Below, in pieces: positions 1 to 8,783 of a stretch of DNA of 64,000 nucleotides. This DNA is from a virus. Under the pieces are notes generated by a model. The model made no database searches. It was not told the DNA's origin and saw nothing but the letters and a program-made list of their open reading frames with translations. Made by a program: the position numbers and the translations under genes. Location of the stretch: the IMG/VR virus record IMGVR_UViG_3300020430_000008, positions 1 through 64,000 of that record; one strand, 5' to 3'. Numbering within the stretch: the first letter of the stretch is position 1; each line of letters starts with the position of its first letter.

Positions 1-1396
1 GGTCGATTTGGGCATCGGGAGCAAATGATTTACACGCCAACTCCATAATGTCACCAAAATAGACAAAGTAAATATCGTCATCTGAAACATCGCTTGGGTC
101 TGCGGACTCTGCTTCTTTCTGCGGGTTGCTGAACCATCCTTCGTCACCAATGGTGATTGTCGCAACACCACCAGTGCTGTCAGAGGTCAAAGGCACGCGC
201 TCATTCAATGTGTTCTCTTCCCATTTCTTGAGGAAGCCATTATCCAAGTCTAAGTGCCTGATCTTGCCGGACAAGTTTTTAGTAAAGTTTTCGTACGCCT
301 GTGAACGGTTCTTTGAGGTCAGCTTTTTCTTAGTCTCTGTAAGTTCTGCCAACTCGCCTACGATTTCAGACCTTCTTTCGTCGAGTTGCGGATCTTCCCC
401 GCCTGCACAACCAAGAGCAACGTCGGCATATTCTAAAGCCTCTTCCATTCGCTCGATCTCAGCATCAACATCTTCGATTGTGCGGTCATCCTCACCCACA
501 CCCAAGAACCCGCTACTAACAGTCGCACTTTGCGACGAGCCGTAGGGAAAAATCACATCAGCCTGACCAGATTCAAGCGCAATCTCTGTAGAGCCGATGT
601 ATTCTACATCGACCTCGATTGAGCCGTCTTCTTTGACCTTCAATTCGTGCGTGATCAAGTTAAGATACATGACCAACTGCGTGCCTCTGAGTTCGCGGAC
701 GAGTTGCTGGTCCATATTCTCAAAAGTGGGAGGAACAGACCACCCGACAGAAGCTTTAATCTTATAAAATTGTGGATTGTATTCTCTTGCCTCTCCGCAA
801 GGTCCAACCTTCATGCCGGGTGGGAGCAAAATCAACTCCATGAAACTGGGTCGTGATCCACGCGCAGTACCGGCGTCAAAACCAGTACCCGGATCCTGTG
901 TTTCGCCCCAACCTCTTTTAAGCTCTGACATGTTCTGAAAGAACAGTGTCATTTTTACATTGATGACTGCCTCTGCTTCTGCAGGGTTGGTCCCGGCGAA
1001 CTCCCACTCAAAACTTTTGATACCAGAACCACCAGCGCGGCTAGATGTACCAGCAGTAATAGCTTCGATTGTGTTTGGGTTCAGCGCGGTGTCAAAAATA
1101 AATTCATCTTCTGCCTCATCAATACCGCCGTCAGCATTGGCAGGGAACACTCTCCACAGGCGCAGTTGTGGCTGCAGAAAGCCTTGCTCAGATGGTTTCA
1201 GTCTGATCATTTTCTGCAGACCCATGCGACCGGTCAAAGAACTGATCACGTCATGCACACTTGCGCCATTGCCCAAGCCCATGGCATGAAAGTTTTCGTA
1301 ACCGCACTGCTCATTTAGTGGCGACAGAATTTCGTAGTTGTCCATCAGAAAGCACTGATGGTCAAAGGTTAATTTATAATCGTCTTCCTCAGCCAT
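1..1396 (-). CDS. Probable baseplate hub (gp27/GpD-like) protein, truncated at the left window edge; missing from the ORF track
   Basis: ATG at 1396 with SD AGGAG upstream. I read no in-frame stop on the way to position 1 (MAEEDDYKLTFDHQCFLMDNYE...GIKSFEWEFAGTNPAEA...FYKIKASVGW...HELKVKEDGSIEVDVEYIG...). It follows the tape measure, tube initiator and LysM genes, the usual hub position. Confidence 0.6.
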   Translation of the reverse strand, partial: MAEEDDYKLTFDHQCFLMDNYEILSPLNEQCGYENFHAMGLGNGASVHDVISSLTGRMGLQKMIRLKPSEQGFLQPQLRLWRVFPANADGGIDEAEDEFIFDTALNPNTIEAITAGTSSRAGGSGIKSFEWEFAGTNPAEAEAVINVKMTLFFQNMSELKRGWGETQDPGTGFDAGTARGSRPSFMELILLPPGMKVGPCGEAREYNPQFYKIKASVGWSVPPTFENMDQQLVRELRGTQLVMYLNLITHELKVKEDGSIEVDVEYIGSTEIALESGQADVIFPYGSSQSATVSSGFLGVGEDDRTIEDVDAEIERMEEALEYADVALGCAGGEDPQLDERRSEIVGELAELTETKKKLTSKNRSQAYENFTKNLSGKIRHLDLDNGFLKKWEENTLNERVPLTSDSTGGVATITIGDEGWFSNPQKEAESADPSDVSDDDIYFVYFGDIMELACKSFAPDAQID

Positions 1397-1406
1397 AGCC
1401 TATCTC

Positions 1407-1751
1407 CTAACCGACAGAGTAATGATATAGAACAGTCTCCAAAGGCATCGGAATGTAGATAATATCTCCCAACTCGCAGTGAGACTCGGTAGGCTTCTTG
1501 TTGAACCATGCAATGACCCACCATAACTGTGAATCTCCGTAATGCTTTGCAGCTAGTTTCCAATACATGTCTTTCGACTTCCAAATATGTGTAACTCGCG
1601 TGATTTCGTCTGCAATAGCTTTAGGACTTGGGTACATCATCTTGGGCGTAGAGTATTGACGAATCTTCTTAACGCCACGCTGCTCCATGTAATCCTCATA
1701 AAAGCGTTTTGTGTTTGTAAGTTTTTTTCTCTGGTTATAACGACTGCTCAT
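1407..1751 (-). CDS. LysM-like / tail protein X (gp53-like) baseplate protein
   Basis: HIWKSKDMYWKLAAKHYGDSQLWWVIAWFN...LGDIIYIP matches the LysM/gpX pattern; synteny fits. Confidence 0.8.
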   Translation of the reverse strand: MSSRYNQRKKLTNTKRFYEDYMEQRGVKKIRQYSTPKMMYPSPKAIADEITRVTHIWKSKDMYWKLAAKHYGDSQLWWVIAWFNKKPTESHCELGDIIYIPMPLETVLYHYSVG

Positions 1752-1752
1752 T

Positions 1753-2640
1753 CTATAATAATCCTAATAATGCGGCTTCGACTAATGCCCCATCGTCGCC
1801 GGGGTCAGTGCCCTCTGTTGCTTTTGTTTCGGGCGAGCGTGCTGCGCCTGTACCTGTAGCGCCGTCAGCACCCTTTCCAGACACGCCCTCGAATCCAGCC
1901 ATGTGACTTCCCGGTGTAGAATACGGATAGCCTGCCTGCGCAAGTCCGACTGCGCCGCCTGTAGAGGAAATATCCTCTGCCCACGATGGTGCATTAGTAG
2001 AGCCCGCAATCCAGCCCATGTCATGAGTGTGTAGAACAGTAAACTCTGCCGACAAGGTAAGCTTTTGCGGGTAAAATTCTCCCGGCTCAAATGGTGCAGT
2101 GGTAAAATCATCAGGTCCGTCAATAATACCAGATTCAAAGTCGGGCTCAAATGTAAAGCCTCCGATGTAGCCAGTGAGTCCAGCCGACTCTGCCCGAGCG
2201 CCAATGGCTGCCGAGCCTTTAGATGCGTCGTGTGCAAAGTTTCCAAATTTAAATTTGAACAGGGGTGAGGCATTGATCGTGTTTGATTTGCCGCCCTTAG
2301 CATATGTTGGATAAAGCATTGACATTAAAGTTTCGCACTTTTGCATGTTCAGCTTTGCTTCTTGAACTGTCGAAGCAACAACGTCCCATTCAATACTAAT
2401 AGTTCTGGCTGTGCCCTGAAAGGCAGAGATCGGATCCATACGACCATAAACTGATTCTGAATTCCATTCGGAGGAATACTCATCAGAGAAACTGTTGATC
2501 ATTCCCTTGAATGCGACCGAGTATCCACTAGGAATGTGATAAAAGTCGATCACCATTCCCTTGAAAACTAAGAATTTCTCATAGTCTACATAACCGGGGT
2601 GACCTAGATCTGGAAATTGCTTGGTCCAGTCAGATGCCAT
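1753..2640 (-). CDS. Tail tube initiator / baseplate protein (gp48/gp54- or P2 GpU-like)
   Basis: FSDEYSSEWNSESVYGRMDPISAFQGTARTISIEW pattern; lies directly downstream of the tape measure; SD GGAGG. Confidence 0.65.
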   Translation of the reverse strand: MASDWTKQFPDLGHPGYVDYEKFLVFKGMVIDFYHIPSGYSVAFKGMINSFSDEYSSEWNSESVYGRMDPISAFQGTARTISIEWDVVASTVQEAKLNMQKCETLMSMLYPTYAKGGKSNTINASPLFKFKFGNFAHDASKGSAAIGARAESAGLTGYIGGFTFEPDFESGIIDGPDDFTTAPFEPGEFYPQKLTLSAEFTVLHTHDMGWIAGSTNAPSWAEDISSTGGAVGLAQAGYPYSTPGSHMAGFEGVSGKGADGATGTGAARSPETKATEGTDPGDDGALVEAALLGLL

Positions 2641-2701
2641 TTAGAATATCCTCCCATGGGGCGATTTGCCCATAGTTTAACTAGTCAGCCGAGCAAGATT
2701 A

Positions 2702-5700
2702 TTAGAACGGCATATTGTGTTTGCTATCAATAGCAGCGGACACTGCTCTGGCAAACTCCTTGCCATCGATCTCAAGCACAACGTCTTGTCCCTTAGCGCC
2801 AGCGGCAGCGCTGCCCTTGGCAATCCCTGCAAGCTCCTTAAGAGCGGACACAAGAGCATCGTCTTCGCTGGTGCGCATAAGGCGGCTGGCAATACCATAA
2901 TCAATGGCTGCGTCTGCAAGGTTCTGCACATTCTCTACAGCCTCCGGGGTTAGATCGACAGCTTCTGCTGCAAGTTCTGCTAATGATTCAGCAGCGACTG
3001 AGAACTGTACAGCCTGAACGCCCTCTGGCATGTTTTTAAGTCCAGCGCCAATAGCCCAGATACCCCATCCTAAGCTTCTAAGTACTCCACCCACCTTTCC
3101 AAGTGCCGTGAACTTAGACAAGCTCTGGAACAGTGCTCCCAGTGCTAATGCCTTTTCCTCTGGAATGTTTGACACTGCTGCTGCGAACATTCGTAAGCCC
3201 CTGCCCAGTGTCTTAAGACCTGTCTTAAAGAATGGCATACTTGCGGCAATACCGAGTTGGAAAATGCCCCAACCAAGGCTTGGCAGAGCGTTTCCGATTG
3301 CGCGCAAGCCAACTCCAATAGCCGGCATCAGTGGTGCGACCGGTGCTAATACAGCTAACGTGTTCGCGAACTCTTTAAGAGGCTCATTCAACACCAACAA
3401 GCCCAGACTAATCAGCACAGCACCAAACAAGAATGGAATACCTGCATATGCCATGTATATTCCGGCAATTAACAAGCCCATTGAAAACTCTGCTAGTGCC
3501 CAGCCCAGAGTAGGTAACTGATCAAGGTTAATTGCCTCGGTCATCCACGGTGCCAGACCCAGCCAGAGCACGGCGAGTCCGAGCGCGACTCTCCAACCTC
3601 CGAACAGCAAGAATGCACCAGCAATAGCCATCTTAATACCAGCCCAAACCATACCATCTGTCATATCATACAATGCTGAACCAAGACCACGAAGCTTGTC
3701 ATAGTCCATCTCCATCCATGGCGCAAGAGCAACCGCCAACATAAGCAAGGCGGGGGTGGCTGTGACTGCGCCAATCAACAATAATGAGCCACCAATAGCA
3801 AGAGCAATACCAGCCGGAATCAAGGCATACCCAAATACCAACAGAGCTAGCGGCAACAGGATCATACCAACACTGACATCTTCAAATGCCTTGATGCCTT
3901 TCGCCAACAGTAACAGTCCAATTCCCAAAACTCCCACGGCGGCTCCGACCAAGAAAGTACCCTTTGTGATAAATGGTGCAGCAAGTATAAGCAAAGTGCC
4001 GAAGACAACCAAACCAGCGACCGCAGCGAAGGCTGCTCTCAAACCAACGTCATTCCACTCTTGTAAACCCTTGCCCAGAAGCAACAAGCCAAGCCCCAAA
4101 ATGCCAACAGCAATGCCAACCTTTTCAGCGCCCATCTTCATCACAAAAGCGAGAGGAATCAAAGCACCAGCAAATGCCCACAAGCTCACATAGGCGAGAA
4201 CTGCGTCATCTACACCCACATCGTTCCACTGCTTCAGTGCCATCCCAAGAAGCAGCAATGCTACAGCTAAAATACCGACATTGATACCCACCTTTTTAAA
4301 GCCTTTCTTCATGATTGGTCCGAGCATCACTAAGCCTGTGCCAAATGCAAACAGCGAGGCAAGAGCCAACACCATAGCTTCTGGCATGCCGGCTCCCACG
4401 AACTGTTGGATTGCTTTGCCCAAAAGCCACAGCGATATCGCAAGAATACCAAAGCTAACTGCCATGGTTGGCAGCACTGGCATTAAAATGCCCATCGCTG
4501 GAGCCGCAGTAGCCAAGATGTTAAAGAAAGAAGCGAATGCGAAGGCTAGTATTGGTAGCCCGATTGCAGCAACAGCGATGAATGCCGCCAAGCCCAGAAT
4601 AGCTGGGGCGATTGCTTCGGGCGCTTCCATAAATGCCAAGATCAACTCTTTCATCGACCAAATAATAACAGCCAATAACAAAATCGGAGCAGCGACTGCC
4701 ACAGCAATACCGGCAATAGGTCCAAGGGCTGCTGCAATCTTGGGTGCTGCTTTAGCTGCAGCCTTTCCTAATGCAGACATGCCTCTTGCCATCATGTACG
4801 AGCCCCTTGAGGCTGCAGGCGCGGCAGCAGTCTGTGCAGCAGTGGCAGTAGTCAAAGCGCCCTTAGCTGCAGCTAGTCCACCCTCTGCGCCGGCTTGTAT
4901 AATAGCTTTGCCGGTCATAATGGTGCTCCACATTGCCTGCAATTTAGAAGCGTGCTGGATAGCCATCATTGCGGCAGCTAATCCGATCAAGGTTGGAATC
5001 AGCATTCCACCGGTCATGTCATTGAGACTAAGCAATCCATCTAAAAGGAAATGTATAACGTTAATAATGGGCGTAACAGCCACAGCGAATTGCTCCATGA
5101 TTCTTTTAAGTTTGTCCTGCATATTCGCCGCTGCTGCAGCACGCTCTTCAAGTTTAGCTTGCGCTTCGGCGTTGTCTTCAACTTTTCTTTGCGCCGCATC
5201 ATACTCAGCAAGGCTTTGTCCAAACAGCTTATTCGCCTCCGTCATATCTGAGATGCCTGCAGCATTCATAACCGCTTGTTTTTCAAACTTGCTCATTTGG
5301 TTGAAGCTTTTACCCGACATTTCAACCGACTGGATCAACATGCGAACCCTCTCTTCTTCAGAGGCGTTCAAAAGATCCATAGAGTTTAATAATCCACCAC
5401 CAAGAACAGCATTTAACTGTCCTGCTGCCTTTGCCGCGCCCTCAAAAGTGTCGAACTGTGTAGTAATGCCGAGCAGGGCGTTCATCTCGATACCAGTAGC
5501 CTTGGCAGCGGCTGCTGTTTCTTTGAATACTCGCACCGCTTCATCGCCGTAGGCAGTGAAAACATCTGAATTTCTCTCAAAGTCTTTTGCAATCTTACCA
5601 GCACTAACACCCAAGTCTGCTGCCATGGCTGCGAAATCTTTCTGTACGTCTGCTGCGGCAGCAGAAGACATGCCCAATGCACCAGTCAGAATCTCAAAGT

Positions 5701-6532
5701 TTGCTGCAGTTGTCTGGGCATCGATGCCTAAACCTTTCAATTGTGCGGTGGTTTCTACTGCCGCAGCCTGAGCCTCCTTAGACATGTTGCTAAAGTTGCT
5801 CATCTCTGTGAAGAGCGCGTTCACAGACTCGGCAGCATCCTCAACACTAACGTTGTACTGCTGGTTGTTCTGCATGGTGTCCATGATCATATCATTGTAT
5901 TCACCAGTGCTGTTTGTTAATTTATTAACCTCTGCAAATTGCGCATCGGCTGAAACAACCATCATCATTGTAGACTCTTGCACCCTCATCAGCGCAGAGC
6001 CAAGCATATTGGCTGCTGAGAAGTTGTCTGTGAGCGCCATGGCAGTTCTTTGAAGGTTCGCTTCAAAATCGCCTTGGAAGAACGAACCAATAACTGTGCC
6101 TTTCCAAGCGCCGCTGACCCCGGTGAGGGCTTGGGCTACCTCTACGGACTTGTCAGCAGCCTGATCAGCTAGCGCATTCTCTTCATGAAGCTGCTTGATC
6201 CTTAGCTTGCCATTTTGCAACTCTTCTTCATCAATTTTGCCCTGCTCAAATGCGAGTTCAAGCCTCTCTTCTTCAAGCTGTATGAGAAGAGTCTGCTGTT
6301 GAGAAAAGTTTTCAGCCCATTGACCTTGTTGTTGCTGCTCTGCTGACACGCGGCGAAGCAGTTCTAACCTTTTCTCGATAAAGCCAATCTGCGAATTGGA
6401 TTCTTGTGCCGAACGCTTTTGCGCTTCGGTCATATTATCAATATGATCAATAATCTCCGCGAGGGTCATGCCCATCTCAGAGAATTGCTGTGTTAGTCTC
6501 CCTACTTCTTCGGCGGTAAGGTTAATTGCCAT
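2702..6532 (-). CDS. Tape measure protein
   Basis: 1,276 aa, Ala-rich and helical, with hydrophobic repeats in the C-terminal half and the ending VVLEIDGKEFARAV; located after the tube and chaperone genes. Confidence 0.85.
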   Translation of the reverse strand: MAINLTAEEVGRLTQQFSEMGMTLAEIIDHIDNMTEAQKRSAQESNSQIGFIEKRLELLRRVSAEQQQQGQWAENFSQQQTLLIQLEEERLELAFEQGKIDEEELQNGKLRIKQLHEENALADQAADKSVEVAQALTGVSGAWKGTVIGSFFQGDFEANLQRTAMALTDNFSAANMLGSALMRVQESTMMMVVSADAQFAEVNKLTNSTGEYNDMIMDTMQNNQQYNVSVEDAAESVNALFTEMSNFSNMSKEAQAAAVETTAQLKGLGIDAQTTAANFEILTGALGMSSAAAADVQKDFAAMAADLGVSAGKIAKDFERNSDVFTAYGDEAVRVFKETAAAAKATGIEMNALLGITTQFDTFEGAAKAAGQLNAVLGGGLLNSMDLLNASEEERVRMLIQSVEMSGKSFNQMSKFEKQAVMNAAGISDMTEANKLFGQSLAEYDAAQRKVEDNAEAQAKLEERAAAAANMQDKLKRIMEQFAVAVTPIINVIHFLLDGLLSLNDMTGGMLIPTLIGLAAAMMAIQHASKLQAMWSTIMTGKAIIQAGAEGGLAAAKGALTTATAAQTAAAPAASRGSYMMARGMSALGKAAAKAAPKIAAALGPIAGIAVAVAAPILLLAVIIWSMKELILAFMEAPEAIAPAILGLAAFIAVAAIGLPILAFAFASFFNILATAAPAMGILMPVLPTMAVSFGILAISLWLLGKAIQQFVGAGMPEAMVLALASLFAFGTGLVMLGPIMKKGFKKVGINVGILAVALLLLGMALKQWNDVGVDDAVLAYVSLWAFAGALIPLAFVMKMGAEKVGIAVGILGLGLLLLGKGLQEWNDVGLRAAFAAVAGLVVFGTLLILAAPFITKGTFLVGAAVGVLGIGLLLLAKGIKAFEDVSVGMILLPLALLVFGYALIPAGIALAIGGSLLLIGAVTATPALLMLAVALAPWMEMDYDKLRGLGSALYDMTDGMVWAGIKMAIAGAFLLFGGWRVALGLAVLWLGLAPWMTEAINLDQLPTLGWALAEFSMGLLIAGIYMAYAGIPFLFGAVLISLGLLVLNEPLKEFANTLAVLAPVAPLMPAIGVGLRAIGNALPSLGWGIFQLGIAASMPFFKTGLKTLGRGLRMFAAAVSNIPEEKALALGALFQSLSKFTALGKVGGVLRSLGWGIWAIGAGLKNMPEGVQAVQFSVAAESLAELAAEAVDLTPEAVENVQNLADAAIDYGIASRLMRTSEDDALVSALKELAGIAKGSAAAGAKGQDVVLEIDGKEFARAVSAAIDSKHNMPF

Positions 6533-6560
6533 ATACTAAAATCTCCCCGAGCAGCAAGGC

Positions 6561-6896
6561 TTATTTGAATGGCCAGTCAATCCCTGTACTACGTTCAAAC
6601 TTCTTGACAGCACCCTGTAAGGCGTACTTGCTGCGGTAAGTACGAGGATCATCTAATCCGTACTTCACATAATCCTTATAGTATCTCTTCTCGCCGGCAA
6701 GCGTGCGCGTAAAGTCCTTTACTTGGCGCTTGTTCCCTCTCACAACCAAGGGAATCTTGTCGCCGCCAAACATACGCTGGAGAATCATCTTAATTCCACC
6801 GCCAAACATAGTCAGCCAGCTTTCATTTAGTTCGCCATTTTCTGCTGCTGATAGGTCAATAACAATAGGCGCTAAGTCGCCATGATTTTCACTCAT
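6561..6896 (-). CDS. Hypothetical phage protein (start revised to MSENHG)
   Basis: SD GGAGG precedes the ATG at 6896; promoter-like motif at 6933-6941. Confidence 0.7.
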   Translation of the reverse strand: MSENHGDLAPIVIDLSAAENGELNESWLTMFGGGIKMILQRMFGGDKIPLVVRGNKRQVKDFTRTLAGEKRYYKDYVKYGLDDPRTYRSKYALQGAVKKFERSTGIDWPFK

Positions 6897-6932
6897 TCTT
6901 AATCCTCCAGTAAGATATACTACTGTTCTCAT

Positions 6933-6941
6933 ATAAATAGT
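6933..6941 (-). promoter_or_regulatory. Putative late promoter motif ACTATTTAT
   Basis: The same motif recurs upstream of the tube, sheath and other late genes; here it lies just downstream of a terminator. Confidence 0.6.
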
Positions 6942-6953
6942 TTGCTAAAAAAG

Positions 6954-6984
6954 AAAAAAGACCGGAAATACTTCCGATCTTTTT
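6954..6984 (-). terminator. Intrinsic terminator (possibly bidirectional)
   Basis: Minus strand reads AAAAAGATCGGAAG-TA-TTTCCGGTCTTTTTT: an inverted repeat followed by a U-tract. Confidence 0.7.
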
Positions 6985-6998
6985 AAGATGCGTACCCG

Positions 6999-7221
6999 CT
7001 AACGAGGTCCGCGTGGCATGGAGGATGACTTAGAGCCCTTCTGGGCTTTCTTCATTTGCGCTGCTTCTTGCTTAAACTGCTTCTGCAGGCGTTTCATGAA
7101 CCATGTGCGTAGTTTTACTGGGAGGTTATATGCTTCTATGAAACTCCATCCACCATGATACTTAAGCAGAAAGAACTGCTCGTAGACGTTTTGCATGTAC
7201 TCATTGCTTAGGCCAAAAAAA
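6999..7221 (-). CDS. gp51-like / tail assembly chaperone 'T' segment, probably reached by frameshift from the upstream gene
   Basis: FFGLSNEYMQNVYEQFFLLKYHGGWSFIEAYNLPVKLRTWF resembles the gpT/gp51 'W...I..LP..R' pattern. It has no good SD-led start and overlaps the upstream gene at a T7 run. Confidence 0.7.
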
Positions 7222-8106
7222 GTCCGCAGTAAACGGCACCTCCATGTCCTGCTCGTAACCACATGCATCGCACACAAAGTGCTGTCTAAGGTCGAAGTTT
7301 GGCATTAACGCTTGATAAGTTGCTCTTAAGAAGCGCGAATCGGATGCTGGCATGGCGTTCACAAATCCGTAGATGTGTGCCGTCTGTGAGCTTCCGTTAA
7401 CTGCTGAGATATAGCATCTCATTTGGTCAGTCATGCTAGTATCATGCCCAACAACACTGCTCTTATTCTTTTTGGTCATGCTCTGAGTCAGTCTAGCCTC
7501 GTCGCGACCGGTCATCATGCGAACCGTGACAGTTACTTCTGATTTTGGTAGCAAGATGTTGAACGTGTTGTCGCCATTGTCAGTGACGCGACCATCGAAA
7601 GAACCGTGGTCACAGTGCTCAGTATGGTAGCCTGTGATTACACCTTGCTCAAGGTCGAACTCGTATTGGTCTGTGGTGTTGCAGGCAGGACATGTGGTGT
7701 TGGTAGCGTATTCTGCACCGTAACCGGAAATACGCGCAGCGGTGAGCATGGCATTCTTATCTCCGATGAGTAAGTCTTCCACCTTCACGCGCTTGTCAAC
7801 AATGATGTTCTGCAAGAAACGGTTAATAGCCAAACCCTTCTTGAGCAAGGAACGTGAGGTAAGGATGTCTTCATCCTTAGCAGTCATGTACTTGATCTCA
7901 ATCGTAGTCTGACCATGTAAAGGGTGACCATCGGCGTAGTATCTACCGCCCGATGGCAACTCTACAAATTCTGTTGGGACGACAAAGTTAAGTCCCGGCT
8001 GGTTTGTTTCTCTTGGGTGCTGCGTTGCAGCTTGAACGGTTGCAGTCGAGTCGCCATCGTTGGCTGCTCTAGCTCCTGTCCGTTCGTCGTTATTACGACC
8101 TGACAT
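7201..8106 (-). CDS. T4 gp26-like baseplate hub / tail assembly chaperone
   Basis: VELPSGGRYY, IKYMTAKDEDILT, two CxxC motifs (CPAC, CDAC), ends FFWPKQ; lies between the tube and tape measure genes. Confidence 0.75.
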   Translation of the reverse strand: MSGRNNDERTGARAANDGDSTATVQAATQHPRETNQPGLNFVVPTEFVELPSGGRYYADGHPLHGQTTIEIKYMTAKDEDILTSRSLLKKGLAINRFLQNIIVDKRVKVEDLLIGDKNAMLTAARISGYGAEYATNTTCPACNTTDQYEFDLEQGVITGYHTEHCDHGSFDGRVTDNGDNTFNILLPKSEVTVTVRMMTGRDEARLTQSMTKKNKSSVVGHDTSMTDQMRCYISAVNGSSQTAHIYGFVNAMPASDSRFLRATYQALMPNFDLRQHFVCDACGYEQDMEVPFTADFFWPKQ

Positions 8107-8126
8107 TAATCCTCCAATGTATGATT

Positions 8127-8155
8127 AGTATAACTTAAGTTGTCAGTTGTTTAAA
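8127..8155 (-). promoter_or_regulatory. Sigma70-like promoter TTTAAA-N17-TATACT upstream of the gp26-like gene
   Basis: -35 at 8150-8155 (4/6 match), 17-nt spacer, -10 at 8127-8132 (5/6 match). Confidence 0.45.
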
Positions 8156-8159
8156 ATAT

Positions 8160-8669
8160 TTATACGGTTTTCTGTGCGAAGTCGTAACGCATCTTAACGG
8201 TAATCTCGTTAATGTCATCCGACTCGTAATCCAAGTCGCCGAAGTTAACTTCCTTAACCCATGCGTTCGTAAGATCCCATTGCTCGATGATATTAGCGTC
8301 GGCGTCGATCTGCTGAATGTAACAGTGGTTCAAACGAGCAACTGCCTCACCCTTGGTGATCGTCTGCTTAGAGATCTCGAATGCCTCTGGCAATTCATAT
8401 CCTGAGCCCTTGATAATATCTAAAAGGTTTGCTGCCATGTCAGGGTCAACTGGGTCCACAAGCGTGAACTCAATCTCATTATATTCGACACGACCGGGAT
8501 AATAGAACGAGTGATTAATAAAGCTATGCTTAACCTCACTGATCGTAAAAGTAGGCTTGGTAACCTTCTTAATGACCCAAGCAGGAATATCGCTGTCTCC
8601 CACGCTCAAAATCCATCTAAATTTTCTTTTCGGTTCGACATCGGGTTCGTTCCAAAATCTATCTGCCAT
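8160..8669 (-). CDS. gp19: Tail tube protein (T4 gp19-like)
   Basis: EPKRKFRWIL...W.L.NAWVKEVNFGDLDYESDDINEITVKMRYD; directly after the sheath gene. Confidence 0.9.
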   Translation of the reverse strand: MADRFWNEPDVEPKRKFRWILSVGDSDIPAWVIKKVTKPTFTISEVKHSFINHSFYYPGRVEYNEIEFTLVDPVDPDMAANLLDIIKGSGYELPEAFEISKQTITKGEAVARLNHCYIQQIDADANIIEQWDLTNAWVKEVNFGDLDYESDDINEITVKMRYDFAQKTV

Positions 8670-8731
8670 TATTAATATCCTCCGAATATTCTATTGCTGG
8701 GGCATCTTTTTTACATGCCGGCGTTTCAATA

Positions 8732-8740
8732 ATAAATAGT
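8732..8740 (-). promoter_or_regulatory. Putative late promoter motif ACTATTTAT
   Basis: Intergenic, about 60 nt upstream of the tube gene start. Confidence 0.6.
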
Positions 8741-8783
8741 AGAACGGAGAGGAAAACCCCCTACCGTTCCGCTATTTTATATC

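Noticed and set aside
7222-7277. Track start (MCAMHVV...) for the 6999-7277 ORF
   Set aside because: It has no SD and overlaps the CxxC-coding end of the upstream gene; frameshift entry at the T7 run is more plausible.
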